Assembly (NCBI GenBank): GCA_050260975.1
Contig: JBLNCV010000166.1
Location: 830-64,829, forward strand
From: Syntrophothermus sp.
GTDB taxonomy: Bacteria; Bacillota; UBA5301; JAMCQP01
Reading direction: 5' to 3'
DNA length: 64,000 bases
Part shown: positions 20,291 through 30,503 of the stretch, one piece after another
How the letters are laid out: the number at the start of each line of letters is the position of its first letter
Numbering within the stretch: the first letter of the stretch is position 1
The notes under the pieces: generated by a model
Database searches by the model: none
What the model saw: the letters and a program-made list of their open reading frames with translations, nothing else
What the model was told of the DNA's origin: nothing
Position numbers and translations under genes: made by a program

Positions 20291-20319
20291 ATTATATCTT
20301 TTGGGCCTCTTTCCGTCAA
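20291..20319 (-). promoter_or_regulatory. Sigma-A type promoter (TTGACG-17-TATAAT) driving the riboswitch/exchanger transcript
   Basis: -35 is the rc of 20314-20319 and -10 the rc of 20291-20296. The predicted TSS sits immediately before the GGGAAUAAAGGGGAG aptamer start. Confidence 0.5.
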
Positions 20320-20358
20320 CGGTCAGATCGCGAACTAAATATACAAAACGCTTTGCAT

Positions 20359-20401
20359 AAATACAAAATCGGGAGCCTGGATCAAAAGTTCCAGACTCCC
20401 G
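20359..20401 (-). terminator. Rho-independent terminator of the nuo operon
   Basis: The minus strand reads CGGGAGUCUGGAACUUUUGAUCCAGGCUCCCG followed by AUUUUGUAUUU, about 50 nt past the nuoN stop. Confidence 0.5.
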
Positions 20402-20449
20402 ACCTGATCCCCGGGAATCTGCTCATTCCCCGGAACGCCATCTGCGACT

Positions 20450-21880
20450 TTAGAAGATCTGCGCCGCTGCGGCAGCCAGCTTTAGCAGTTGCCCCGGGAG
20501 GATACCGAAGACCAGGATACCGGCCACCGTCAGCACGATTGCCAGTTTGGCCGCCCCTCCCACACGCAGGGGGGCGTCGCTTGCCGGCGGATCAATATAC
20601 ATGGCCTTGGCCACCATGAGATAGTAATATGTGGAGATCACACTGGTGATGGTGCCCACCAGCGCCAGCCAGATATACCCCTGTTCCACCGCCGCGGCAA
20701 ACAGGGAGAACTTCCCGACGAATCCCGCCAGCGGGGGAATGCTGCCAAGGGAGAGCAGTGCCACCAGCATCGTCGCCGCCAGCAAGGGATTGCGCCTGCT
20801 CAACCCGGCATAATCCTTGATCTCGTCGCTGCCGGCCAGCTTACCGTAAATAATGGCCACGATAAAGGCGCCCAGGTTGGACACCACATACAAGAACGAG
20901 TAGAAGATGATGGCCGCCACACCGGCGGTGTTGATGGCCACAAAACCCACCAGCAGATACCCGGCGTGGGCGATGCTGGAGTAAGCCAGCATCCTTTTGA
21001 TATTGGTCTGGGGAATGGCCACCACGTTGCCGACAATCATGGTAATCGCGGAAAGAACCGCCAAAAGCGCCGTCCACTCGGCCCTGGCCGTGGCAAAACT
21101 CAACATCATCAACCTGACCAGCACCGCAAGTCCCGCCGCCTTGGAAGCCACCGCGAGGTAAGCGGTAACCGGCGTGGGCGCAGCCTCATATACATCCGGA
21201 GACCACATGTGGAAAGGCACCACCGCGATCTTGAAGCCGAAACCGGCCAGGATGAAGATGACACCGATCAGCAACAATGGTTGCAGCGGCTGGCCCGCCA
21301 GAGCCGCCGTAATGCCGGCCAGGTGCGTCGTGGCGGTCATGCCGTATACCAGGCTCATGCCGTAGAGCAAGAGCGCCGATGACAACCCGCCGTAAAGGAG
21401 GTATTTCAAGCCGCCCTCGGTGGACTTGACATCTCCCCTGAGATATGCCGTCAGGATAAAGAAGGAGATGGTGGTCAACTCCAGGGAGACAAAGATGGTC
21501 ACCAGATCCACCGCGGAAACCATCAGCATCATACCGGCGGTAGCCGACAGCAAGATGCTGTAAAATTCGGCCTGATATTCCAGCAGTTCCGAGACATACT
21601 CGAAGGAGGAGAGGACTACCAGGATCGCCCCAATTATGAACATCTCCTTGAAGGCGATCGCAAATCCGTCCACCCGAAACGCTTCATACAAGAAGGTTTC
21701 ATTGGTGCCCCACAGGTTTGCGGCAGCCAACCCGGCGCCAATCAGGCCGATCACGGTGATCCAGCCCGCCGTCTTACTGGGCAAGCGGCGTACCATGAGA
21801 TGCAGCAAGACCAGGAGCAACGCAACGCCCGTGACGATCAATTCCGGCGACAACGCGTTCAGGATACGGGACAATTCCAT
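20450..21880 (-). CDS. nuoN: NADH-quinone oxidoreductase subunit N
   Basis: 476 aa, 14-TM antiporter-like subunit, last gene of the nuo cluster. Confidence 0.9.
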   Translation of the reverse strand: MELSRILNALSPELIVTGVALLLVLLHLMVRRLPSKTAGWITVIGLIGAGLAAANLWGTNETFLYEAFRVDGFAIAFKEMFIIGAILVVLSSFEYVSELLEYQAEFYSILLSATAGMMLMVSAVDLVTIFVSLELTTISFFILTAYLRGDVKSTEGGLKYLLYGGLSSALLLYGMSLVYGMTATTHLAGITAALAGQPLQPLLLIGVIFILAGFGFKIAVVPFHMWSPDVYEAAPTPVTAYLAVASKAAGLAVLVRLMMLSFATARAEWTALLAVLSAITMIVGNVVAIPQTNIKRMLAYSSIAHAGYLLVGFVAINTAGVAAIIFYSFLYVVSNLGAFIVAIIYGKLAGSDEIKDYAGLSRRNPLLAATMLVALLSLGSIPPLAGFVGKFSLFAAAVEQGYIWLALVGTITSVISTYYYLMVAKAMYIDPPASDAPLRVGGAAKLAIVLTVAGILVFGILPGQLLKLAAAAAQIF

Positions 21881-23349
21881 TACAGGACACCCCCAATCTT
21901 AGCCACCAGCGGCGTCACGCTGGTATTGATCAGGTTCAACAGCATGCTTGGGAAGAAACCGAAGAACAGAAGCACAAATACCAGGAGGTACAGCGGCACA
22001 AGATCCACGGTTTTTGCATCCGTGAGCCCGTCATATTGAGCTTTCCTCGGACCGAAGAAGACGTTCTGCACGGCCCGCAGGACATATATTGCGGTGATCA
22101 CGATACCCGAGATGGCGATGATCGCCACCAGCTTGTTGATGGAGAAGTAGCCCACAAAGACCAGCAACTCGGCCACAAAACCACTCAAGCCCGGCAATCC
22201 CAGGGAGGTCATACCGGCGATTACGAAGCTCGCGGCGATGATTGGCATTTGATGCGCCAGGCCACCGAGATCCGGAATGTGCCTGGTATGGGTCTTGTTA
22301 TATACCAACCCCACCAGCGCAAAGAAGAGACCGGTCATGATGCCGTGCGAGAACATCTGCATCACCGCCCCGTTTAAGCCGATGACGTTAAAGGAGGCAA
22401 TCCCCAAGAGCACATAACCCATATGGCTCGTGCTGGAGTAACCGATGATATACTTGAAGTCTTTTTGGGCCGTAGCCACAAACGCGCCGTAGACCACGTT
22501 GACCAGGCAAAGCCCGGCGATAATCGGGGCCCACAGATGCGCGCCCTCCGGGAAGAGGTTTAAGGCCACCCGGATGATACCGTAAGCGCCCAGCTTCATC
22601 AGCACACCCGCATGGAGCATGCTGACTGCGGTCGGCGCCGCCACGTGGCCGTCAGGCGACCAGGTGTGGAAGGGCCACATCGGCACCAGGAAGGCAAAGC
22701 CGAAGAACAGGAACGGGAAGACGAACTTTTGAAACTCCGGCGTGTACTTGATGTTTTGCAACGCCACCAGGTCAAAGGTCCGCAATCCGCTATTGAAGTA
22801 CAGGATCAGCATGCCCACCAGCAAGAAGGCGCTGCCCATCAAGAGGTAGAGGGTCAGCTTCATTGCGGCGTACTCTTTCCGGGTGCTTCCCCAGACGCCG
22901 ATGAGCAGATACATCGGGATGACCGCCAGTTCGTAGAACATAAAGAACAGGAACAGGTCAAAGGACATGAACACTCCGAAGACGCCGGTCACCAGCGTCA
23001 GGAGGAAGATGAAGAATTCCTTCTGCCTGTTCTCCTGCCGCCAGGAAGCAAAGACCCCGGCGAAGATCACAAAAGCCGTAAGCAACACCATGGCGATGCT
23101 CATTCCGTCCACGCCAAGATGGTAACTGATGCCGAAATAATCGATCCAGGGAATCTGCTGCACAAACTGCAATCCGGCTTTGGCCTTGTCATAGGCAAAG
23201 AGCAGATAAACCGCCAACGCCAGGGAGACGAAGGTGGATGCGGCGGCAACAACCCGGATCGCCGTGGCCCGCTTTTCTGGAATGAGAAGGATGAGCAAGA
23301 CGCCTACCGCCGGAGCAAAGATGATCGTGGAGAGAATCGGGAAACTCAT
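21880..23349 (-). CDS. nuoM: NADH-quinone oxidoreductase subunit M
   Basis: 489 aa antiporter-like subunit; 1-nt overlap with nuoN. Confidence 0.9.
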   Translation of the reverse strand: MSFPILSTIIFAPAVGVLLILLIPEKRATAIRVVAAASTFVSLALAVYLLFAYDKAKAGLQFVQQIPWIDYFGISYHLGVDGMSIAMVLLTAFVIFAGVFASWRQENRQKEFFIFLLTLVTGVFGVFMSFDLFLFFMFYELAVIPMYLLIGVWGSTRKEYAAMKLTLYLLMGSAFLLVGMLILYFNSGLRTFDLVALQNIKYTPEFQKFVFPFLFFGFAFLVPMWPFHTWSPDGHVAAPTAVSMLHAGVLMKLGAYGIIRVALNLFPEGAHLWAPIIAGLCLVNVVYGAFVATAQKDFKYIIGYSSTSHMGYVLLGIASFNVIGLNGAVMQMFSHGIMTGLFFALVGLVYNKTHTRHIPDLGGLAHQMPIIAASFVIAGMTSLGLPGLSGFVAELLVFVGYFSINKLVAIIAISGIVITAIYVLRAVQNVFFGPRKAQYDGLTDAKTVDLVPLYLLVFVLLFFGFFPSMLLNLINTSVTPLVAKIGGVL

Positions 23350-25301
23350 CGCGCACCTCCCAGAATGGCCATGAATGTCGGGTTATTCCAGGCCAGGATC
23401 AAAATGATCACCACAACCGCCCCGAAGAAGACCATGGCGTAGGTCTGCACCTGGCCGGTATGGGCCCTCCGCAGAACCCCGCCGAGCCAGCCCGTGGTAA
23501 AGGCTGAACCGTTTACGGCACCGTCCACCATGTTGCGATCCACCCAGTTGAGCACCGCGGCGACGCCGTCGTAGATCTTCCTCTCCAACCAGCTGTAGAG
23601 TTCATCGATGTAATACTTGTTCTTCAACAAGGTGTGCACCGGACCCAATGCACGAACCAGCGCATCCTGCTGGGAAGTGCGTCGCGCGTACAGAAGCCAT
23701 GCCGTTCCAATACCCAGCAAGGCCAGCACCGTGGACGAGAGAGCGATCCCCAGGTTGATTCCAGCTCCTTCATGGCCCTCGCCAAACTTCACAAAGGAAC
23801 CGAACCCGTGTTCAACCGCCGGCGAACCCCACAAACCCGCAAAGACCGCGAGAAACGCCAGGATCATCAGGGGGATGGTCATGACCAGGGGTGATTCGTG
23901 CACCGCGCCATGGCCATGGCCATGACCATCCGAAAACATGGTCAGATTCACATGATCCCCGGCGCTTTCGCTGGCCGCCGCCTTGCCGAAGAAGACCACA
24001 AACACAAGCCGGAACATATAGAAAGCGGTGAGGAAGGCCACGAACATGGCCGTAAAGAAGAGGATCGGCGAATTCCCCGCCTGCCAGTAGTTGTAGGCCG
24101 CCAGCAGGATCTCATCCTTGCTCCAGAAGCCGGACAGCGGATAGATACCGGCGAGGGACAGGGAGGCGATAATCATCGTGATCGCCGTAATCTTCATGGG
24201 CTTGTACAGCCCGCCCATCTCCCAGATGTCCTGCTTATGATGGAAACTGTAGATGACGCTGCCGGCCGCCAGGAAGAGCAGCGCCTTGAAGAAGGCGTGC
24301 GTCATCAGGTGGAAGACACCCGCCGTATAGCCGCCCACACCCAGGGACATGATCATGTAGCCCAACTGGCTCAAGGTGGAGTAGGCCAGAATCCGTTTGA
24401 TATCGTTTTGCGCCACCGCGATGGTTGCCGCAAACAGGGCTGTAAATCCACCGATGTAGGCCACCACCGTCAGCGGGTCAGCCGCCGCGGCAAACAGGAA
24501 GTACATCCGTGCCACCAGGAAGACGCCCGCGGCAACCATGGTCGCCGCATGGATCAGGGCGCTCACCGGAGTCGGGCCTTCCATCGCATCGGGCAGCCAG
24601 ACATGCAACGGGAACTGCGCCGACTTGCCAACCGCACCGCTGAAGATGAGCAGCGCCGTGGTGGAAAGCAGCGCCACCGATACGCCCGGCTGGGCGATAG
24701 CTTTACCCAGTTCGCCGAAGTTAAAGGTCCCGAAGACCGCAAAGAGCACCAGCACGCCGATCAGGAATCCAAAGTCCCCAACCCGGGTGGTAACAAAGGC
24801 CTTCTTCGCCGCATCGGCGGCCTCCTTCTTGTGATACCAGAAACCGATCAAGAGGTACGAGCACAGTCCCACGAGTTCGTAGAAGATATACAGCTGCAAC
24901 AGGTTATTGGCCAGTACCAGTCCCAGCATGGATGCCGTAAAGAGCGAGAGGTACGAGAAGTACCTGCTATACCCTGGATCCTCCCCCATATAACCGATCG
25001 AATACACCTGCACCAAAAGGCTTACCAGGGTGACGACGATCAGCATTACGGCGTTCAGCGGGTCGATCAGGGTCCCCATCTCAGCCACAAACTTGCCGAT
25101 CCCGATCCACTTGACCGCATTCTCCGTCACCACCGGGTTGGCGAGTTGCTCAACCAGGATGCCGACGGAGATCACGAACGAAGCCAGAATGGCAAGAATG
25201 GAGACGGTCGAACTCAACTGCCTGAACTTTTTTGTCAGAAAGCTAATGATCAGGAATGCCGCAAAGGGCGATACCGGAATTAGCCAGGCATACTGCGTCA
25301 T
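23346..25301 (-). CDS. nuoL: NADH-quinone oxidoreductase subunit L
   Basis: 651 aa antiporter-like subunit with the long C-terminal amphipathic helix region. Confidence 0.9.
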   Translation of the reverse strand: MTQYAWLIPVSPFAAFLIISFLTKKFRQLSSTVSILAILASFVISVGILVEQLANPVVTENAVKWIGIGKFVAEMGTLIDPLNAVMLIVVTLVSLLVQVYSIGYMGEDPGYSRYFSYLSLFTASMLGLVLANNLLQLYIFYELVGLCSYLLIGFWYHKKEAADAAKKAFVTTRVGDFGFLIGVLVLFAVFGTFNFGELGKAIAQPGVSVALLSTTALLIFSGAVGKSAQFPLHVWLPDAMEGPTPVSALIHAATMVAAGVFLVARMYFLFAAAADPLTVVAYIGGFTALFAATIAVAQNDIKRILAYSTLSQLGYMIMSLGVGGYTAGVFHLMTHAFFKALLFLAAGSVIYSFHHKQDIWEMGGLYKPMKITAITMIIASLSLAGIYPLSGFWSKDEILLAAYNYWQAGNSPILFFTAMFVAFLTAFYMFRLVFVVFFGKAAASESAGDHVNLTMFSDGHGHGHGAVHESPLVMTIPLMILAFLAVFAGLWGSPAVEHGFGSFVKFGEGHEGAGINLGIALSSTVLALLGIGTAWLLYARRTSQQDALVRALGPVHTLLKNKYYIDELYSWLERKIYDGVAAVLNWVDRNMVDGAVNGSAFTTGWLGGVLRRAHTGQVQTYAMVFFGAVVVIILILAWNNPTFMAILGGAR

Positions 25302-25333
25302 GTTCCTTCCGCCTTCCTTCCCTTAGATCTGCA

Positions 25334-25642
25334 CTACCATTTGAGCCAGTCGAAATCTTCGAGGTTGACCGAATCTCTGTGCCGGTTGATCGCAATAATC
25401 AGGGCAAGCCCCACGGCAACTTCCGCTGCGGCTACCGCAATCGAGAAGAGCGCAAAGATCTGCCCCATCATCGCGGCCGGCGTCAGGAACCTGGAGAACG
25501 CCACCAGGTTGATATTTACCGCATTTAGCATCAACTCGATGGACATCAGGGCCACGACCGCGTTACGCTTCGCTAAAGCACCATACAGGCCGATGGCAAA
25601 GAGGATCGCGCCCAGGATCAGGTAGTAAGAAAGTGGAGTCAT
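25334..25642 (-). CDS. nuoK: NADH-quinone oxidoreductase subunit K
   Basis: 102 aa, 3-TM subunit with a conserved Glu. Confidence 0.9.
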   Translation of the reverse strand: MTPLSYYLILGAILFAIGLYGALAKRNAVVALMSIELMLNAVNINLVAFSRFLTPAAMMGQIFALFSIAVAAAEVAVGLALIIAINRHRDSVNLEDFDWLKW

Positions 25643-26154
25643 TACGACTTCTTCACCTCCTTGGCAATCACGATGGCGCCAATCATGGCCACCAGAAGAA
25701 GTACCGCCGCAATCTCAAACGGCAGGACATAGTCGGTCATGAAAAGCTTGCCGATGGTCGGAACCGTCGTCTCCGGCATGGCCACGGCGGATTGCGTCCA
25801 AACCGTCCGGCCGGTCACCAGCCCGACCAAAAGCAGCGTCGCGATGGATACCAGTCCTGCCAGCCACTTTTTGTTGTTGGAGAGGTTGGTGAGAGCCATG
25901 TCTCCCCGCTGGGTCAGCATTACCGCAAAGACAATCATTACGGCGATGGCGCCCACATACAGCAAGATCTGAATGGCCGCCAGAAACTCGGCGTGAAGTA
26001 GCACGTAGATTCCGGCCACGCCCACGAAGGAGAAGGCCATGGAGATCGCCGCATGGAAGACGTTCCGGAACGTTACAACTCCAAGGGCCGAAAGCCCCGT
26101 GAAGATAGCCAGGATTATAAAAGCTACCAATGAACCGGCTCCCTGCATCTTCAC
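25642..26154 (-). CDS. nuoJ: NADH-quinone oxidoreductase subunit J
   Basis: 170 aa 5-TM subunit; 1-nt overlap with nuoK. Confidence 0.85.
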   Translation of the reverse strand: MKMQGAGSLVAFIILAIFTGLSALGVVTFRNVFHAAISMAFSFVGVAGIYVLLHAEFLAAIQILLYVGAIAVMIVFAVMLTQRGDMALTNLSNNKKWLAGLVSIATLLLVGLVTGRTVWTQSAVAMPETTVPTIGKLFMTDYVLPFEIAAVLLLVAMIGAIVIAKEVKKS

Positions 26155-26573
26155 CGACCTCCTTTCGGCTGAATTGCCGGGGTACCCACATATTTATCCC
26201 CGGTGGAGAGGTCCTTCAGGTAACCCCGCCGGCTGTAATCCGCCAGTTCAAATTCATGCGAGTGCGTGAGGCTCTTGGTCGGGCAGGCCTCCACGCAGAG
26301 CCCGCAAAACAGGCAGTACTGCAAATCCACCGTGTAACCCGAAAGCTTCCTCTTGTTGTTCTCATCCTTAACCGAACTCACCTTGATGACCCCGTTGGGG
26401 CAAGCTTGCTCGCACAAGCCGCAAGCGATACAGGTAGCCGGGTCAAGCGCCAGCGCGCCCCGGAACCGATCCTGGATTATGGCCTTCTCCCAAGGGTATC
26501 GCCGGGTGACTGGCTTTTTGAAAAAGGTCTTGAAGGTAACCCCCAGGCCCTTCAGCAAACCGGTGCCATACAT
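26151..26573 (-). CDS. nuoI: NADH-quinone oxidoreductase subunit I (2x[4Fe-4S] ferredoxin)
   Basis: Two CxxCxxCxxxCP motifs (CIACGLCEQACP and CLFCGLCVEACP). Confidence 0.9.
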   Translation of the reverse strand: MYGTGLLKGLGVTFKTFFKKPVTRRYPWEKAIIQDRFRGALALDPATCIACGLCEQACPNGVIKVSSVKDENNKRKLSGYTVDLQYCLFCGLCVEACPTKSLTHSHEFELADYSRRGYLKDLSTGDKYVGTPAIQPKGGR

Positions 26574-26577
26574 CTGT

Positions 26578-27624
26578 TCAACCTCCTATCCCCCGCAGGA
26601 GAATGACTTCGCCTGCCGTGATGAACACGTTCAAGAGCGAGAGCGGCAACAGGACCTTCCAGCTGAACGCCATTACCTGGTCGATCCTGAACCGCACCCA
26701 GGTGGCGCGCACCCAGAGCAGAACCCAGGCCATCACCAGGGTCTTGATCAGAAACCAGACAAACCCGGGCAGCACCGGCCCTTGCCAGCCTCCCAGGAAC
26801 AAGGTGGTCATCAGGGCCGCAAGCGCAAAGAGGTTGGCGTACTCGGACAGATAGAAGAGAGCAAACCTCATGCCGCTGTATTCGATATTAAAACCGGCGA
26901 TAATCTCGGACTCGCCTTCCGGCAGGTCAAAGGGCTTGCTGTTAACCTCCGCCAGCCCGGCAAAAAAGTAGATCAGGAAAGCCAGCGGCTGGTAGACGAT
27001 AAACCAGACCTTGCTCTGCTGCCTGACGATTTCACCTGTGCTGAGCGTGCCGCTCAACATCACCACGCCGAGGAGCGACAGCACCAATGGCACTTCATAA
27101 CTGACAATCTGCGCCACGGAGCGCATCCCGCCCACGAGCGCGTATTTGTTGTTGGAACCCCACCCGGATGAGAGAATTCCCAGCGAAGTTAGAGAAGCAA
27201 TCGACACAAAGTACAGGAGCCCGATGTTTACGTCACTCAGGATTACTCCCGGCGCAAAGGGAAGCACCGCATAGAGCATCCCGGCTGCAAAGAAGACGAT
27301 CATCGGTCCCAGCCGGAACATCTTTCTATCCGCGTTGGCGGGAATAATATCTTCCTTTTGCAACACTTTCAGCGCATCGGCCACGGTCTGCAACAACCCC
27401 AGCGGCCCGGTCACGTTCGGGCCCATCCGGTGCTGCATGTGGCCCATGACCTTCCGTTCCATGTAGATAATCCACAGAACCGCCAGAGCGAGGAAGATTA
27501 GTACGGCCAGCCCGATGATCACCCCGTAGATGATCACCGGCCAGGACCCTGATACGCCGATGCCGCGCAACAGTGTATCCATCCAGTTAAATATCACGTT
27601 CATCTTCTCGCCTACCCTCCACAA
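26578..27624 (-). CDS. nuoH: NADH-quinone oxidoreductase subunit H
   Basis: 348 aa 8-TM NuoH/ND1 homologue. Confidence 0.9.
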   Translation of the reverse strand: MWRVGEKMNVIFNWMDTLLRGIGVSGSWPVIIYGVIIGLAVLIFLALAVLWIIYMERKVMGHMQHRMGPNVTGPLGLLQTVADALKVLQKEDIIPANADRKMFRLGPMIVFFAAGMLYAVLPFAPGVILSDVNIGLLYFVSIASLTSLGILSSGWGSNNKYALVGGMRSVAQIVSYEVPLVLSLLGVVMLSGTLSTGEIVRQQSKVWFIVYQPLAFLIYFFAGLAEVNSKPFDLPEGESEIIAGFNIEYSGMRFALFYLSEYANLFALAALMTTLFLGGWQGPVLPGFVWFLIKTLVMAWVLLWVRATWVRFRIDQVMAFSWKVLLPLSLLNVFITAGEVILLRGIGG

Positions 27625-27661
27625 TTAAGATGCGAATTCGCCGTAACAGACAACCGGCATC

Positions 27662-28792
27662 CTATGCGTCAATCTCGCCCATGACGACGTCAATGGAGGC
27701 AAAGATCGCGATCAGGTCCGCAATCTTCCATCCTTTAATCATCTCCGGCAAGGCGGAAACGTTGACAAACGACGGGCGCCGGGCATGGAAGCGGTAGGGT
27801 TTGGTGGAGCCATCGCTCACCAGGTAGAACCCAAGATCCCCCTTCGGGGCTTCTACATGGGCATATGCCTCTCCCGCCGGCGGTTTGAAGACCTTGGGCA
27901 CCTTGGCCATAATCTCTCCCTGTGGGAGGTCCTTCATAGCCTGCTCAAGGATCTTCAGGCTCTCGCGCATCTCCAGAATGCGCATCATATAGCGATCGAA
28001 GGTGTCGCCTTTCTGCCCGAGCGGCACGTCAAACTTGAACCGGTCGTAAACCAGATACGGATCGGCCTTGCGAATATCGTAATTGACCCCGGAAGCCCGC
28101 AGGGTGGGTCCGGAAACCCCCCAGCTGATGGCATCCTCCGCCGAAAAAAGTCCGACCCCTTTGGTCCTGGCCAAAAAGATCTCGTTTCCGGTGAGCAACG
28201 TCTCATACTCGTCGATCCGCGCCGGCATTATATCAATAAATTCCTTGAGCTTTTTCAGGAAGCCTTCCGGCAGATCCTGGGAGACGCCGCCGATCCGCAT
28301 GTAGTTGTAGGTCTGCCGCGCCCCGGAAACCATCTCAAACATGTCGTTAATCAGTTCCCGGTCGCGGAAGCAGAACAACCATGGCGTGTAAGCGCCCAGA
28401 TCGTTGCTGAGGGAACCCACAAAGACCAGGTGGCTGGAGATCCTCTGCAACTCAGCCATAATCACCCGGAGGTATTGGGCGCGCTCGGGCGCCTCAATGC
28501 CGGCAAGCCTCTCCGCCGCAAGAACATAGGCCAGGTTGTTGGACATGGAGGCCAAATAGTCCAGCCGGTCCGTGTAAGGAATGCACTGCTGGTAGGTCCT
28601 GGCCTCCGCCAGCTTTTCGATGCCCCGGTGCAGGTAACCGACTACCGGAGTGGCATCGGTGATCGTTTCGCCGTCCAGCTTGACAATCACCCGGAAGACC
28701 CCGTGCATGCTGGGATGCTGCGGACCAAAGTTGATCTGGAGCTCCTCCGTGCGCACCACGGGTTCTACCTTTACGGTTGCCTGTGTGCTCAT
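27662..28792 (-). CDS. nuoD: NADH-quinone oxidoreductase subunit D (49 kDa)
   Basis: 376 aa, NuoD/NiFe-hydrogenase large subunit fold; not fused to NuoC. Confidence 0.9.
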   Translation of the reverse strand: MSTQATVKVEPVVRTEELQINFGPQHPSMHGVFRVIVKLDGETITDATPVVGYLHRGIEKLAEARTYQQCIPYTDRLDYLASMSNNLAYVLAAERLAGIEAPERAQYLRVIMAELQRISSHLVFVGSLSNDLGAYTPWLFCFRDRELINDMFEMVSGARQTYNYMRIGGVSQDLPEGFLKKLKEFIDIMPARIDEYETLLTGNEIFLARTKGVGLFSAEDAISWGVSGPTLRASGVNYDIRKADPYLVYDRFKFDVPLGQKGDTFDRYMMRILEMRESLKILEQAMKDLPQGEIMAKVPKVFKPPAGEAYAHVEAPKGDLGFYLVSDGSTKPYRFHARRPSFVNVSALPEMIKGWKIADLIAIFASIDVVMGEIDA

Positions 28793-29271
28793 CTCACCGC
28801 CCTCCTTTCGCTGCGATCGGGCAACTTGAAGTCCTTTCGCAAGGGGTATCCCTCAAACCCCTCGGCAGTCAGGATCCGTTCCAGATAGGGATGTCCGGAA
28901 AAATCAATGCCGAACATGTCGTAAACTTCGCGTTCCAGCCAGTTGGCGCCCTTCCATACCGGGGTCGCGGAAGCCACCACCGGCTTCTGCTTGTCAAGGT
29001 TTACCTTGACCACCACCGATTGCTGGAGCGCGATGGAGTACAGTTGGTAGACCACGGTAAAGTGCTCCGGATAATCCACCGCCGTCAGATCACCGAGGTA
29101 ATCCATTTTAAACCCTTCAGCATCCCTCAAAAAGCGAAGAACATCCAGAAGATCCGGCGGGTTGACGGTGATCACAAGCTGTTCTTTATCAGTGGCCAGG
29201 GTTACTTTTCCGGCAAACCGCGCTTGCAATGCGGAGCTTTTCTGCTCGATATCCTTTGTTTGCCTCATCAT
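28789..29271 (-). CDS. nuoC: NADH-quinone oxidoreductase subunit C (30 kDa)
   Basis: Start moved to the ATGATGA overlap with the nuoB stop ([11 protein letters not shown]...); the longer ORF in the track overlaps nuoB. Confidence 0.85.
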   Translation of the reverse strand: MMRQTKDIEQKSSALQARFAGKVTLATDKEQLVITVNPPDLLDVLRFLRDAEGFKMDYLGDLTAVDYPEHFTVVYQLYSIALQQSVVVKVNLDKQKPVVASATPVWKGANWLEREVYDMFGIDFSGHPYLERILTAEGFEGYPLRKDFKLPDRSERRAVR

Positions 29272-29777
29272 CTTCTGTCCACCACCGATTCCTTCATGAT
29301 CTTTTCCCGGAGCTTCATCAGCCCGTCTATATACGCCTCCGGCCGGGGCGGGCATCCCGGGATATAGACGTCCACGGGAACAATCGTGTCTCCTCCGGGC
29401 ACCACAGCGTAGGAATCCGCGAACGGCCCGCCGGAGATGGCACAGCTTCCCATGGCGATTACATATTTGGGTTCCGCCATCTGGTCATAAAGCTTGCGAA
29501 TAAGCGGCGCCATCTTGTTGGTGATCGTGCCTGAGAGCACCATCACATCGGCCTGACGCGGCGAAGGCCGCATAAAGATCCCGAAGCGCTCCAGATCATT
29601 CCTGGCAGCATGGGTGTGCATCATCTCAATCGCACAACAGGCCAGGCCGAACCCCAGCGGCCACATGGAACTTTTTCGCGCCCAGTTCAAAAGCGAATCC
29701 AGGGTGGTAACCAGCACGTTTCTTTTGACCTGTTCCTCTATCGAGGCATCAGGCGTTGAAGTCTTGTTTACTTCCAT
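29268..29777 (-). CDS. nuoB: NADH-quinone oxidoreductase subunit B (20 kDa, N2 cluster)
   Basis: [12 protein letters not shown] plus a GSCA..GG cysteine pattern. Start at MEVNKT with GGAAGGAAGGGG upstream. Confidence 0.85.
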   Translation of the reverse strand: MEVNKTSTPDASIEEQVKRNVLVTTLDSLLNWARKSSMWPLGFGLACCAIEMMHTHAARNDLERFGIFMRPSPRQADVMVLSGTITNKMAPLIRKLYDQMAEPKYVIAMGSCAISGGPFADSYAVVPGGDTIVPVDVYIPGCPPRPEAYIDGLMKLREKIMKESVVDRR

Positions 29778-30130
29778 TCCAATGCCCCTTCCTTCCAGGC
29801 ATATCCCAGCCCAACGAGCAGGATAAGGATAAAGATTACTGCCTCCACCAACGCAAACAGCCCTAGCTTCTGGAATGCTACGGCCCATGGGTAGAGAAAT
29901 GCGGTCTCGACGTCGAAGACCACGAAGATGAGTGCATACAGGTAGTAACTAACCTTGAAACGAACCCAGGTCGTCCCCACCGTCTCAAGCCCGCACTCAT
30001 AAGTGGACAGCTTCGCCGCGTTGGGTTTTTTTGGCCTCAGGAGCCACGCCACAATCAACGCCGCCATCGCAAACGCGACGGTCACCAGGGCGTAGATCCC
30101 AATGGTCAGGTACTGCTCACTAAACCCCAC
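29768..30130 (-). CDS. nuoA: NADH-quinone oxidoreductase subunit A
   Basis: 121 aa from GTG 30130 ([15 protein letters not shown]...) with AAAGGGGG upstream. The longer ORF in the track extends into the leader. Confidence 0.8.
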   Translation of the reverse strand: MGFSEQYLTIGIYALVTVAFAMAALIVAWLLRPKKPNAAKLSTYECGLETVGTTWVRFKVSYYLYALIFVVFDVETAFLYPWAVAFQKLGLFALVEAVIFILILLVGLGYAWKEGALEWK

Positions 30131-30503
30131 TTGTCTAACCCCCTTTGAATTTCCATATGGACTTGGAAAATGGATTGGAAATCCGGCCATCCGAAAAATT
30201 TGAGCTTGGACACCCAAAAATAAAATCCGAGATTGGCTATTTGCACGCATTTTCACAAGCGTTCACAGTAAAACACAAAAAACGGGCCTGCAAGCCTCCC
30301 CATCTTTTGACGCCCGAGAACCCATTCCCTTTCTTCCGCACGCAACACCACCGGCAGTCCTTAACTGGACCTGGAAAACCCCACTAATAACCGGCAATCC
30401 CATAATTGATGCGACACAGGATTTAATTCTCTACAAATCGGGAATATCCTCTTTAAGATCGAGTCGTCCCCCGGAAAATAATTTTGGCCAAACTTCCGTC
30501 CTC

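Noticed and set aside
23898-25283. 461-aa plus-strand ORF
   Set aside because: Antisense to nuoL; His/Arg/Gln-rich low-complexity product.
27785-28888. 367-aa plus-strand ORF
   Set aside because: Antisense to nuoD.
29268-30256. Long N-terminal extensions of nuoB, nuoC and nuoA in the ORF track
   Set aside because: The extensions overlap upstream genes or the leader. Conserved N-termini and RBSs support the shorter models.
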